Shown here: positions 11,401 through 26,400 of the stretch, piece after piece | Numbering within the stretch: position 1 is the stretch's first letter | Layout: each line of letters opens with the position of its first letter | Origin: Azolla caroliniana | Taxonomy: Eukaryota; Plantae; Polypodiophyta | Direction: 5' to 3' | Length of the DNA: 64,000 nt | Assembly (NCBI GenBank): GCA_043228905.1 | Contig: JBHGNT010000012.1 | Location: forward strand, 11,346,001 to 11,410,000 | Program-made: the position numbers and the translations under genes | Notes under the pieces: model-generated | The model's database searches: none | Seen by the model: the letters and a program-made list of their open reading frames with translations, nothing else | Told to the model about the DNA's origin: nothing

Positions 11401-14400
11401 TAAAGGCAAGTGGAAGCAAAATGGTAACTCCTACAACAAACCCAATCCAAGACCACCAAACAACCCAGCCTACAAGGAGCTCACTTGTCATTATTGTGCT
11501 ACAAAGGTCACATTCAGCCGGATTGTCGGAAAAAGAAAAGGGATAATGCTAAGAACTCTTCTTCTACCGAAAATCAACCTACACCGAAATCCAACTCGGC
11601 CCACTCAGCCAAAGAAACAGTTTTCCTTGGCATTGAGGAACATACTTCACATATGGCTGGACCAACTACCTCAACCATTGATGAGTGGTTAGTAGATAGT
11701 GGTGCTACCTCACACATGACCTATGACAAATCCATTTTGCATGATGTGAAACCTAGCTCCTCCCAAATCTCCATAGGAGATGCCTCAAGCATTGAGGCTT
11801 CATGTGTGGGTAATGTGTTTCTTAACAATTCTTCAAATGAAGAACCTGTCATTCTTCAAGATGTGTTACATGTGCCTCGCATCTCTGCCAACCTACTTTC
11901 AGTCTACCAAATCACTAAACAAGGTTATGGAGTCTACTTTGATAGCTCAGTTTTGGAAGTCATTGACACCAACCTACAAATTGTAGCTAGTCGCACACAA
12001 GAAGGGGGTTTATACTGCCTGAAAAGTTCCCATAGCCCCTTGGAAAAGTCCAAATCTCATCTTCTTCATCTTCTTCAAGGCTCTCATGCGTTGGTGGCAC
12101 AAGAAAATCCCACGTTGTGGCATGCTAGGTTTGGTCATCTCAACTATGATTCTCTTCAAAAGCTCTCCTCTTCCCAACTAGTTGAGGGTCTTCCTATTTT
12201 CAAAACTCCCAATACCCCATGTGTTGCTCGTCTTCATGGCAAGCAACATCGAGAGCCTTTCCCTCATGAAACCACTCACCGTGCAACATCTATCTTGGAG
12301 TTAGTGCACATGGATCTTTGTGGTCCCATGAAAACCACTACTCTTGGTGGTGCACGCTACTTCATGCTCATCATTGATGATTTCTCTCGCAAGGTTTGGG
12401 TTTATTTTCTTGTAGAAAAATCGCAAGCCTTCAAAAAATTTCAAGAATGGGTAGCTCTTGTGGAGAACGAGACATCGAAGAAAGTTCGAAAGATCAAGTC
12501 GGACAATGGTGGAGAGTTCATCTCCCAAGCTTTCCACCATTTTTGCTCTCAACAAGGCATTGCTCGCCAATTTTCTACACCCAATACTCCTCAACAAAAT
12601 GGAGTTGTGGAAAGGAAGAATTGGATAGTCCAAGAGATGGCTCGTACGATGCTATCTCAATTTGATTCTCCTCTCTCGTTTTGGGGTGAAGTTGTCAACA
12701 CAACAGTCTACATCATCAACTGCTGCCCAACAAAAGCAGTTGCTGGAATGACGCCTGCAGAAGCATTTACAGGTGTAAAGCCCTCAGTATCTCATTTTAA
12801 AGTCTTTGGTTGTAATGCTTATGTTCACATTTCAGATCATAAAAGGACGAAATTTGAGTCCAACAGCACACAATCTAAAGCGTACAGGTTATGGGATTTA
12901 GAGTCAAAGTTCCTAGTCATCTCTAGGGATATTCATTTTGTGGAGTCTCAGCTGGATGATTCTAGGATTTCACCTGAGTTCATGGTTGAAATCCCAGCTC
13001 CTCTGGAATCTCCTATTTTAGACGAAGATGTCTCATCTTCAAGCTCCCCATCTCCTCCTACTCAATCTCTAACTTCGCCAACAATTCAATCCTCTCCCTC
13101 AACTCCACTTGTTTCCCCTCTCCAAACCAGCTGCCACCACTTCCCAAGTGGCTTCAAGCCACCATTCATGATTCTCATCTCTCCGATGCTGAACTTCATG
13201 AGTATACATCTGGTTCTCGAACACGTAAGTCACAACGGCCTACTCACTCATGCAACTTTGCCTTATTGTGCACTGTTGTGCAATCACAAGAACCCACAAC
13301 TGCAAAAGAGGCCTTTGTTCTTCCAAAGTGGAAAGCAACAATGGAAGTTGAACTTGATTCCGTTGAGCGGAATCATACATGGGAGCTGGTTCCACGGCCT
13401 CAACATCAACAAGTCATTGGACTGAAATGGAATTTCAAGTCCAAGTACCATGCTGATGGTACTTTGGATAAGCACAAGGCACGTTTAGTTGCAAAAGGCT
13501 ACTCACAAGTCAAAGGAGTGGATTACGAGGAAACTTTTGCTCCAACAACAAGGTACACCTCTATTCGATGTGCGCTTGCACTTGCTGCTCACAACAAATG
13601 GTCCATCTTTCAAATGAATGTCAAGTCAGCCTGCCTTAATTGTGACTTGAAAGAGGAGGTTGATGTTGAACAGCCTCTAGGTTTTGAGATTTCAGAGCAG
13701 AAAACATGGTCTATAGGTTCCACAAAGCCTTGTATGGCTTAAAGCAAGTTCCCAAAGCTTGGCATGACAAAATTGACACCTTCTTTCTCTCTCTTGGGTT
13801 TCAAAACTGTTATGCTAACAACAATCTCTATGTTTTTTTTTCCCACTTCCAAGGCATGTCATTAATCAGCTCCTCGGTCGACTCAATGTTTGATGGCCGT
13901 TCTAGAGCTGAGAGGAGGTGTTGGAGGGTGGCAGCTCTAGACCTGCACTCTCTTTCATCTTTATTATCTCTGTACTACATTCTTTCTCTTCCCAAATTCT
14001 TCTCTCTCTTGTCATCGACAGATAAAAGCCATTATCTCCCGCCATGGTAGGTGCTTCCCTTGCTTCGGAGACATTTCCATTCTGGATCGACCTATGCTAG
14101 AGATCTTTCGAAGACAAAAGCTACAATATACCTATGTGCCAAAAACCAGATTCCCTCATTTCTTTTCTTTTCATGTTATTTACTTTTATATTTATTGTGT
14201 AATATTTAGTTTATTTTGATTTGTTCTCAAAGACGAGACAACACTTAAGATGTAATCTCTTATTTGGTCTTATAGGCCATTTTGGCCTCTTAAAAGACGT
14301 TAATATATCTTTCTTTCTAGAATCCGCAACTCTTTAAATGCCTTCTCTCTCTAGAATCTGCAATGCTTTAAATGCCGTTTGTCTCTTCCAATTTTTCCAA

Positions 14401-17400
14401 GATATTCCCCATTTATTCCTAGTTTATTGTACCTGTTTGGTAGTACAAGAGTCTCTTAACTACCAAACAACCATTCCCAATTTTGTATAAATAGGCTTAT
14501 ACCAACCTGTTTTGTAATCAGATTATTTTCTGCTGCTACTTACAAACAAGCACAACTCTTTGGCTGTGTCTTTACTCTTTGCAACCATTTTTCTACTGCT
14601 GTCTAACAGCTTTCTCATAGCTTGGCTGTGTCTATTTTGTTCTAACTCTTCCGCTGCTGCTATTAACAGCTTTTCTCACACATATATGGATACACATCTA
14701 TATCATGTGTTATGTAGCATGATGGAACAGCTCAGGCTCTCTTCACATCAGTTTGAAATTGAGATATGTAAAACTGCATGCAAATCTATGGAAGAACAGA
14801 TTTGCCAATTGTGCCATTAGGTAAGTGTAATAAAAAGGAAGGCTGTCTGCCATTGTGCTGTTTTATATGAAATAAGGAGAGATCATTGCCGCTTGAAACA
14901 AAGCTTTGGCTCACTATGCAAGGTAAATGGAATATAAAGGACACCGGTGTGTCGGATAGTTCTTGCTAGAAATCAAGAGACATAAAGAGAAGTTGAAGGA
15001 CAACAATGCGGATACAACTCATCATTAAAGAACAGTTACAACTTTCTTTAGCTTCATACCTGTACTGTCAACTAGAGCTAAACCTGACCTGACAATACTG
15101 TTATTGATCATATTTTGTTTTACAATGTACTTTTGGGATGGAATTTAGAGGTAGATATTACAGCTACATCCAGCCCATCACCACTAGCTTTTGGGTCCAG
15201 CCTCCTGATCCTTTGATTTAAGAGCATTCATATTGCTATAAAAACACATACAAAAAACCATAGAATGCACACCTATGTACCTATGGCTACAGTTTGCTAA
15301 ATATTTATGGAAACACTTATGGTTACCTTTCAGAGAAAATGTAATCTATTCGAAAAGAAAAACCTTTAAATGAAATTATGCAAGAACTCAATTTCGACCA
15401 TCTCCTTAACTATGGATTAAGAGGTCATATAGTCCAAACTACACTGTTCTCTATTTAAAGGCAATTCCACCACTTTCCTATACGAAACATAAAATCCTTA
15501 TATATATTGACTCTGAACAGAAGAAAATATATGTTCAATCCAGAGACTGAAAAGCTTTTCCTGGTTGGTTGCTACTGCAAATTTTATTGTAGAAATGCGA
15601 AGTCTTGCTTAAAACAATGTTTATGTCAATTGTGAAGACTACAATTGACATTATGCATATTTTACAATTCAATTAATGCCAGGACAGGTTCAACTCTTAA
15701 GCGCGCATATAAGTAAGCTGGAAGACCCGAGTTACTCAAATGTAACTCAAGAGTGTGGCTTGATTCCTCGCATTCTGGAGACTATTTTTCTGATATTAGA
15801 TGCTGAAAAAGAGCAGGTATTTAGTCTTTTTCGAGTTTAAACTTGAAATATATGAGTAAATGCATGTTTTTTGGAGTTTTGATATCTGTTTTGTTCTGAA
15901 TGCCATCTTAGAGTGATACAGCTGTGGAATTCTCTGTAAGGTGCTCTAGCTTACAGGTATGAACATTTTGTTTTTGTATTATTGGAATGTTTGTAAGCTT
16001 GTGAATCTGGATTATACAAACATGTATTCCTGTTTTTATTTCCACAGATATATAATGAGCAAGTGGAAGATTTGCTATGCCCTGGTTCAACAAACCTGAG
16101 TATCCTCTTATCCAATCTGCATAGTCCTTTTAGTATTAGACTGGAGTCATATATGATTACAATGTTCTGTTCTTGCAAACAATAATATGCTTCCAGTGAA
16201 CTGAGAATGCGTGCATGCCAACTACTCGTTATATAGGTTGAAAAGTTTTGAATGTTTCTTTGATTATTCTAACCGGATTCATTATTACAGTATGTTTGTA
16301 CATTATTAGTGAGCTATATGCTTGTACATATTGTGTATATGTTTTTGAGAAATGAAATGTTGTATTGGCATCTTTGGAAGACGAAAGTGATCTATGGGAC
16401 CAAAAGTTACTCACAGGGCAAAATAAATGTAACTAGGCTGTGCTCAAAACGCAACGATATAGGAACCATGGGTACAAGTATTGTTGGGGATTCATCTTAC
16501 AAAATAAATAAAAACATATCTAGGTGAGGTAGATTGTTAGTGGATCACCCCTTGAACAGTCTCATAGGATAATGCCATATGGCATCAATGTCCTCTGGAG
16601 TGAACTGCCTGGGAATTAAGCACCAGCTCATAAAGGGATACTGCTTGATCAATGCGTTTTTTGGGTTCAGATTAGGTTTTTGAGGATCTCATGACTTGGG
16701 AGAATGGTTCAAATCTCTTCCTAAAGAGGCAGTTGAAATGCCCTTGGATCTCATAATAAACCATGCAGGGGCATAGGTAATGACCCCCAAACTCTGGCTT
16801 TGCATGGCACAGAATATCCTCTGCTTGGGAGGTATAACCCTATACCTACTTGTCTCTATCTCCAACTGATGTGATGAAGTGTGAACCTGTCCAGTGTTGC
16901 ATCTCAATCCATGAGGATATGGCTATCCTTATATCCAGGGCATGTCTAGCTAGGACATCTTCATACCTAACTCCTATATGTTCCCACTATGTCTATCTGG
17001 CTTTAAGCTGAGTGAGGTCGTGCCTGAACATTTTGGTAAGGTTCAAACAGCTCTTTTGTGGCTTTATGAGCCACTTGTATGTTCCACCTGTGATTGGTTT
17101 TCTGAGCAACCACAATCCCTTGTAGTAGAATTTGGTGGACATATGATTAATGTCGAACCATGGTCAACCAATGCAACCAATAACTCCTTAATATCCCTGC
17201 ACTGGGAGAGAGGTAGTTATTACATAACTGGGAGAGAGGTAGTTATGTGATACCATTTGTTTCTCACATAACTGTCTTGAGAAAGTATCACCCTCACTTG
17301 CCAATTGTTTAGAGGACTCCAGAGCCAACATTGTTGTTGTGTATCTATGTTGAGGAAGTTTCCATTACTATGTGAAAGGACACTGACCTTGCAAGAGCCT

Positions 17401-20400
17401 CTACAAATTCTTTAGCTGTAACCCTTCTGGAGGTAATGGATACAGAAGGTCTTTCCATTGACCTACACCCATCAAAGATGCTTCCAGATTTACAATGATG
17501 GTCCTGACTAGGCCCCTAAGTATGTTTTCCTTAAAGAATTGTAGGGGTAACAAGAGAATCATAGGGGTCCTGACTTAGTATATTGCCTTTTGTAACCGAG
17601 TCTGTGAGCACATCTTCTGTAGTTTTCCTATTGCTGTATACTCCGTAGTAAGTTGAGCATATGCAGCTCCTCTCGAGGAGAAGATATGACCTTTGAACAT
17701 GATACATCTGAGTCTATATTGAGTAGCCAAGAGCCTATACAATTTTTTTTTCTGTTTTTTGGTTTTCTGGAAAGCCTTTGAAGTGGTATCACATCCTCAG
17801 CTGATGCGTGGGTAGAAGCCATGTAGATATGCAATGGGGAATCTATGCAACGGATGAATCTACGTTGGGAAAAATGCAATATCGTACTGTGTTGTGGAGG
17901 TTATGGCCAGCACAATTGGAAGACAACAAACCACTATCACCCATTCTCCTCAGTCTTTTTATAGATAAGTTGTTGCATTATATAGAGAGATTTGGTGGTT
18001 TAGGAGCATGCTTAACAGGGATAACCATATAAATATTAGTATATGTTGATAACATTGTGCTGATCTCTGACTCTCTGTATGGATGACAAAGACATCCAAA
18101 CTCTTTAAAATCTCTTTGCACAGGCAAGGGTTTTTTGGTAAGCTTCAATAAACCTAAATTGATGGTGTTTATACCACTCAAGCCTGGGCAACAAGATCAG
18201 AACCAGGATTCTTCTTGGGAGAGGAAAAGGTGGCACATAGACATTAATAAACATACGTAGGAGTAACATTTGCAGTGCCTCGGTTCTCCTTATGGGAGGC
18301 AGCCCTTGGTTCTCTTGAAATACAATGTGCACATATACAATTCCAAGAGGCATGAACTAGATTGTGGCCTATCATTGTTGGGGAATAAAGGTCCTTTTCT
18401 TTATTTGGACGTATCTCCATCTTGGAATAGGACTGTCCTACATCAGAGACCATCAGAAGGCTGATTACTTTAGTACATCTGACCTCACTATATTTTATGG
18501 TGAACTCATGCGAATATCTACAAGTTCGCAGAATGTCTCCATGCTCATACCCTCAACATATTTTGGGATAGTCAATGTACACTAGGTGGTTTTTTAATCA
18601 TTTCTTATGTTCTCCAATGTGGGACATTATTTTGCAAATGTAACTTTTGAATCACATTACTATATCTTTCGTTTTTTGATTCTGTCTTTCATTTATTTGC
18701 ATGTGCACACAATTCCCATCTATTCCCATCTTGTAAAGGTGTATATATGATATAAACAATATTTAAATGTGTACGTTTAATATGTATGCAATATTATAAC
18801 CATAATCATTATGGAATTATATAAACAATTATCGTTGGTAATGGGAGGTAATCATGTGCACTTCCGTATGTGCAAATAAAATGATCCAATATAGAATGCT
18901 GCCAATTAATTCACTTTATCATCAGCAATCCATGAAGACCCTAAGACTGGAATGTATGTGGAGGGACTTCAAGAAGTAGAGGTCCAAACACCAGAAGCTA
19001 CTTATGAAGTTCTGAAACGAGGCTCTTTAAACCGCAATGTTGGAGCAACAGCAATGAATTCAGAGAGCAGTAGATCACATGGAGTCTTTATCTTGAGTTT
19101 GGAATCCCAGGTATAAAAATAATTATTTGTTAAACAGTTTGTGCCACTTGTGCCATCAGAGGCGTGAAATTGAAAGAACACTGTCTGCCATTGTGGTGTT
19201 TTGTATGAAATAAGAGAGAGATACTAGCTCCTCTTCAAACAAGGATTTGGTCCACTGTGCAAGATCATGGAGAACAAAGTCCAATGGTGCTTGGGATTGT
19301 TCTAAGTAGAACTCAAGCAAACAAGCAAGAAAGATATGTTAAAATGGCCTATAAGACCAAATCACTGTGCATGCAACTCTTATGGAAGAATCCAAAATGG
19401 CCTATAAGACCAAACCACTGTGCATGCTCTTATGGAAGAAGACTACGTTTGCAATTGTGCTTTTTTATGAAATAAGAGAGAAATACTAGTGCCTCTTCCA
19501 ATAAGGCTTAGGCAGATTTGCATGCAAATCTATGGAAGAACACTGTTCTGCATTGTGTTCTTTTTAAGAAATAATAGGGAGATATCACGGCCTCTCCAAA
19601 CTAGGCTTTGGCCCACTAAACAAGGTAATGGAACACAAAAACCAACAATACTCCAATAGAACTCAAGAGATATAGAGAGACTTTTGGACAAAAATATAAC
19701 CACAATAGCTCATCAACATAGGACCATCATGACTTTCTTTAGCCATTTTCTGTGCATGTAGGCTTCAGCCTCATGGACTCCCATCCCACCACTCTTATCT
19801 TTATCGACAGATAAAGGCCATTCTCTCCCTCCATTGCAGGTACACAGGTGCTTCCCTCACTTTGAGACCTCTCCATTCTGGATCAATCTATGCTAGAGAT
19901 CTTTCGAAGACAAAATGTTACAATATATCTGACTTGGAAATCTTACATGTACCAATAACAACAGCCTACTAATGCTACTAATCAATCAAGGGATACACAA
20001 ATACGCTCCTGACCAGGACATAAGAAAGGGATTACAATTGGGCAATAGCAATTTGTCGTGCACGTAGGCCCCAACCCCACAAAACCATGACCTCATCACC
20101 CTTGTCATCGACAAATAAAGGCAATTATCTCCCGCCATCACAAGTGTTTCCCTCGCTTCGGAGGCCTCTCCATTCTGGTTCAACAAAAGCTAGCAGAAGT
20201 GAGATAAATATCATGCAAAGACATGGGTTCCTAGAATGTGAATGTTAGGAAGAAATGAAGGTAGTGAGAACATAGAGCACTAGTTTAAGAAAATTTAATC
20301 ACTTTCTCCAAAACCTGATTTGTTTCTCTTCTAATTCAAAAAAGGGTCAAATTTCCTATGAAGAACATTTTTGGAAATTCAAATATTAATATTGTGTTGC

Positions 20401-23400
20401 TTTATTAATATCAAAACTCATTTAGCAATTACTTGCAATTTAGCTACTCAGCTGATATGTTAATGCACTGAGAGATTTGAAATGCAACAGCGCCAAGACC
20501 TAGGTGTTCTTAATAGAAGAATTTCAAGATTTTACATGGTTGATCTAGCCGGTTCTGAGAGGCAAAAGCAAACGGAAGCAGTTGGTTTACGTCTTAAAGA
20601 ATCAGGCAGCATTAATAGATCACTTTCTGCTCTTGGTAATGTCATCAAGGTGGTACTTCCACTTACAAGCAGATTTTAAGTATAAATTTCTAGATTTTGA
20701 CATCAGGGGTGCACATTATTTAATGGTGTACTTTAGGGGCCTTTGATCAAATGAAATTGTATGCAGTTGATTTCCCAAAGTTGTACCAATATATGTAGCT
20801 TGCATATATCCAAAAATATGCATGGCATTTGTGGGTAATATGGGCTAGATGAAATTCCACTATAACTGTGTTCCTGCATGTGATAGCCTGTATGTAGTGA
20901 AAAAGTAATTCCATGCTGTTGCAACCTTTCCTTTTTAGACACTTGAGTCTTGGCCAGAAAACCAATCATTATAGAATTAAGATGAATAAATTACTACATG
21001 GTGGCCCACTTCTAGGGCAAACCCTGTTTTTTTAATGTTTGACATATGTTCATTATGTACTTGGTATTATTTCATCCATTATTTTCCATCAATGTGCTAT
21101 TTTTGTCGATCCTTTTTAGATCTGATTTATTTTTTGCATCTGCAATTTGTAATTGCATTGCAAACTAGCGGAAGATCTTGTGCAACCAAAAATTCTGTTG
21201 TTAAGACTTGTGAATGCAGTTTTAAATATTAGGTGTTCTGAAAATCATGCAATTCTATTATATTTATAGGCTTTGCTCGAAACATCAGAAGGAAAAATTC
21301 GTCATATACCTTACCGGGACTCAAAATTAACTTATCTGCTCAAGGTATGATGTTTAAAAGAAAGAAAGAAATATTATGGTCTTCTCAGAGTTCAAAATGA
21401 CCTGTGCGACCAAGCAATACATTTTAAAATGATGATCATGTCTTTGGGAATAAGAAACCAAAAGCATCACATATTCTAGTTTTGGTAAACATTCATAGAT
21501 TGTAAATTCTACCAACAGAAAGATCTGTGGCATGTACCAATCCAAGTTAGAGAGGTATCAAAAGCAAGGCAAGTACCTTTTGTGTCTGACGATAATGGCC
21601 TTAGTTGATAATAGGAGTGGGGGGACCATGGTCTAGATGGATGTGGCATCATGCATGACAAATTACTATCAAATTATTGTAAACATAGGCCAGTAAAGAA
21701 TCTAGATATCTAAGAACATAAGTTTCTGAACTTAGATAGCCTTAAACTTCTGCCTTCGAAAAATCTCCAACATGAGCTGCTCCATGGTGAGAGATCTTTG
21801 AAGTGTGTAAACACTTTTGGTGCCAAGGTATAAGGGTCTCTATTAATCGATCACAAGGATGACATGGCCATGGCCCAGATGGTTGTTGCACGCATTCATT
21901 GCACATTGCTATTGCGTCATCTATTGTAAGTCCTTTCGAGTGTCCAGGTCAAGACTCCAATTGTGTAGTCATTGATTGACTTGTAGAATGAAGAATGATG
22001 GAGCTAAAGAAAGATATATAAATGTCTTTTAAGAGGCCAAAATGGCCAAAGAGATAAACCATTGTTGGTTTTTAGCATATCAACAATGAATAACCCCATG
22101 TTCAGCAAGTTGTTTTTGATGATAGAAATGCCAACCTTGAGTACCTTCATTTAGTGAGCTCCCAAAGCTGTTGGATATTGGTCATTGGTTGGAATAACGC
22201 GTCAAATGTCTTTGAGAGAATAGATATAAGGACTTAAATATATGGGCATGTGTGCCTTAATTGCGCATAAATGGTAACTATTTAGCTCAAAGTATCCTGC
22301 CCTAGTAATAGGGCTCTATACAACCCAAATGACAGACATTCCTTTAGCAGAAAGGAGCATTATGTATAACTGTGTCCTGTAAAAACACACATGCATGTGC
22401 TATTCGAGTGGGACTGTGGGGACCTGAACCAAGGAGAGTTTGACATTGTGAGAGAAGACTTAAAACCCCTTCATAGGTTGCCTCCTGTAAATTCCTTTCA
22501 TGTGAAATATCTCTGTGAGATCGAGAAGTTTATTTGAGTCGAGTGCTCCCGGAGGCTCACTTGCCTGGAAGGCTCTCTGAATCGAGGGCTCGGAGGCTCG
22601 TTTGAATCAAGATTCCTTAGAATTGGGGGCTCCCTAGACCTTAAACCCTAAACCCTAAACCCTAAGACCAAGTGGAAATAATATTAATAAGAAGAAACCC
22701 TGAGAATAATATTGAGAATTGAGGTCTGCAAATGTAATTCACGTAGCATACAACCCAAGTTCTATATCGAGTTGCCCTTCCCTCGTGCATGATGATATCA
22801 CTTCCACTATAGCTATTACAATTGAAAAGCCACTCGCTACTGTGTATATGATTGAATACCCTTGAGCTATGTGAATGTAATTCACATAACATATAACCAA
22901 AGTTCAATGTAGAGTCGCCCTTCTTTCCTGCATGATGATATCACTTCGACCATAGCTATTACCCAAATTAGTTAGTAATGTAATTGTGTTCTGTTAATGG
23001 AACATAGAATGTTGACAATATTGATGGTGCTTGTTCCACAGATTGTGTTGACCTTCAACATACATTAGCATAAGCTTATTTCTTTCTTAATTCTCCTTTG
23101 GATTACAACTCTCATAAATGAGCATGTGTAGAAGGGTAATTTTGAACTTTTTAGGAGTATTATATTTGTAATGGTCATTCTTATTCAGTGTTTTACAAAT
23201 TGTCTTTATATATGTAGGATGCTCTGGGAGGTAATTCAAAATGTACGCTTATAGCAAATATTAGTCCCTCTATGTTAAATGTGGAGGAAACACTGTCTAC
23301 TTTGAAGTTTGCTCAACGGGCCAAATTGATAAAGAATGTAGCTACTATAAATGAAGATATTGTAGGAAATGGTGTTGCCTCTGCAGAAGAAGTTAAAAAA

Positions 23401-26400
23401 CTTCGACTTGAAGTTGCAACTTTAAGGAGTAAGAAACTTAACATCAATGCTGGCTTATGGTAAAGGAGTAAAGATTCCATTAACCTGTGTTTTATTGACC
23501 ATGACAGCAAAGATAGGAGTTAGGGATCAGACTGCGTCATGGAATGATCATACTTGTAAGCATTATTTTGTCAAGGGACTATAAAATAAAGTGTGGAGTT
23601 AAGTTGGCCCAAAAACTGGATTCATGATTGTTTTTATGGTTTTATACATGTCTGTCATTTATGAAATCAACATTTCCTACAATTTGCTAGTATTTAAAAC
23701 ATAGAAAATTGTCAAAAAGTATTAGACCTTTGGCATATAGACTAGGAGAATTGATCTAGTTAGAGGATGCACTTCCACACTTGAAGATATTTGAGTAATT
23801 GTTTGCTTAGCCAAACTCTTTCTTAAGAGGCAATGGAGTATTCTCCTTATTTCATAAAGTGTTAGGACAATGGCAAATAGTGTTCCACAAATTCCTCATC
23901 CTGATGGAACAATTGGCATAGATTTGCATGCATATTTTTCTGACTTTGGAACTGATGTATGTAAACCTACATCCAAATTCTAGACAATCTTGTTAGAGAA
24001 GAGTTGATGTTGCAAGTGTATCAAACAACCACAAATCAGTCTCTCAAGGGAGGAAAGTGGAAAAGAGTAGACTGATCCGAACCGATAAAATCGGATAATG
24101 GAATAACATGAAAGAGATATCATGGCGTGGTCAAATCCAAAATACTAAGGGAGTGGGCTGTTGTGTGAGGAGAAAGAAAGATATATTAACGTTTTCTAAG
24201 AGGCCAAAATGGCCTATAAGGCCAAACAAGAGATTATATCATAAGTGTTGTCTCGTCTTTGAGAACAAATCAAAATAAAATAAATATTACACAGTAAATA
24301 TAAAAGTAAATAAGATGAAGAGAAAAGAAACAAGGGAATTTGGTTTTTGGCACATGTGAGATTCTCAAGTTACATATATTGTAGCTTTTGTCTTCGAAAG
24401 ATCTCTATCATAGGTCGATCCAGGATGGAAATGTCTTTGAAGCGAAGGAAGCACCTACAATGGCGGGAGATAATGGCTTTTATTTGTCGATGGCAAGGGT
24501 GTCGACGTTGTGGTTCATGGGGCCAGGGCCTATGTGCACGGCAAATTGCTATTGCTCGATTAATTGTAACCCCTTTGTTATATCCTGGTCTGGAGCCCAT
24601 TTGTGTATCCCGTGATTGACTTGTAGCATTAGTAGGAGTGATGGGGCTAAAGAAAGTTGTGATTGTTCTTTGTGGATGAGCTTGTGTGGCTGTATTCTTC
24701 AACAACTTTTTCCGATGTCTCTTGAGCTCTAGCAAGAAAAGTCCTAGGCATCGTTGGTCCTCATATTCCATTACATTGCGTAGTGGGTCAAAGCCTTGTT
24801 TAAAGAAGCAATGGTATTTCCCTCTGATTTCATAAAAGACACTACAATGACAAACATATTGTTCTTCAGATTCCACTCCTTGATGACACAATTGGCAAAT
24901 TCTCTCTTCTAGAGGTAGTCATGTATATTTTCCTACCTCAATCTATAACTGATGTGATGAAGTTCTTAGCTGCCCTATCACACTACGCATCACATAGGAT
25001 AGATGTATGTCCATATAAGTTGGCCTGATGACGAATCCATCCTCCGATGTATGTAAGAAGTGTGTCTTATAGTGGGCCATCTTTGTACCAAGTGGTATTT
25101 TGGGGCTGATCCATGTTATCTTGTTTTCCAAGTTAATAATATCAGTTCGGATCACTCTATTCTTTTCCACTTTGGTTATATTTAGGTGGGGACAGTTCAA
25201 GCTATATTGGAATGGCGGTAGTGCATTTATACTCATGCCATGTGACTCGAACCATTGCTGCATTTTAGCACACCAACAATGAATGTCTCCATTTTCAGCT
25301 AGTTGTCTTGATGACATAAGTGTCAACCTTGGGTATCTTCGTTTAGGTAGCTCCCAAAGACATTTGATAAATGTCACTGATCGGAACAATGCCTCGGTTA
25401 TTGTAGGTGCTGCTCCCATCTCTGCCCGGATTTTATCGTGGGCCACCGATGCTTTGCTCCTTATCAGGCGAGCAATCATTGACACTAAAGGTCTCTCTAA
25501 ATCTTTCCAATGATTTGCCTTGTTCAGCATCTTCTTGTGGGGTTCCTTTTCAGACGCCGAACAATTAATATGTATTCATTACATCCAACTTATCCTAGGA
25601 TTCTCCTTTTTGCTTCTCTACATTGCCTCCTTTTGCATTCTTCCACTGGTCTCTGGGCTGTTTTTAGATCTATTTTCAGACCGTAGCTCATTGAGGCTAG
25701 TTTGAGCGGACTTGATTGTATTTCAGCTTTTAAATATTTTGCAATTTCTTTTTAAACTCTATAGTACATTGCCCTATGGGGCTTCCAATTTCATTTCTTA
25801 GAGCTTCTATTTTCTTGTTTTCAAACTAATATAGTCCATTATGCAATATAAACTGAGGTCAGAATGAATTTAGTCTTTTATACGAGGAAGCTGTTGCATG
25901 TCAATATTTAAAGTAGAGGCAGTTACCAAGGTGTGACAAGAGTTTTTTGAGGCCATCGCTGTGTAGTTTTCCCGTTGTTGCCATGAGACAAATCACATAG
26001 GCAAACTTTGTCAAACAAGCATGTATATGAGCTAAAACAGATTAACTTAGACACCTAGCAGAGTTTATTCCTGCTTTTCTGTCTAAATGTAGAGATTCAG
26101 ATGTTTGGCAAGTTTACTTCCATGTAATAAATTACAGAGAAATACGTAGAAAGATAGAAGGTAAGCTACACAAAATGCCTGAAAGTTATAATATTATGAA
26201 ATTATTTTTGGTCTTTTACTGATAGAAAATCACAGTATTTCCCAATTAATACATATCGCTTGATCAGCTCAGTAACTTTCATGCCTTTGCTTTGCAGCGA
26301 CTAACCAGGTGAGAAGATTGGAATACATTGTAGCTCAATCAACGAAGCAGGCATTAGCAGGGGAGAGAAAGACAGCACGAGAAATGCATTCATTGATGCG

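Larger units (their letters stand above)
9760..15060 (+). mobile_element. LINE fragment split by the Copia insertion (9760-10052 plus 14686-15060)
   Basis: [15 protein letters not shown]|[17 protein letters not shown] is continuous across the Copia TSD. Confidence 0.8.

Noticed and set aside
16690-18540. Opposed LINE pieces as a twin-priming 5' inversion
   Set aside because: The two pieces overlap in the ORF region they cover and look diverged, so independent insertions are simpler.
24388-24615. Recurrent antisense ORF in LINE tails (also 19986-20186)
   Set aside because: A shadow of the sense-strand LINE ORF, broken in other copies.
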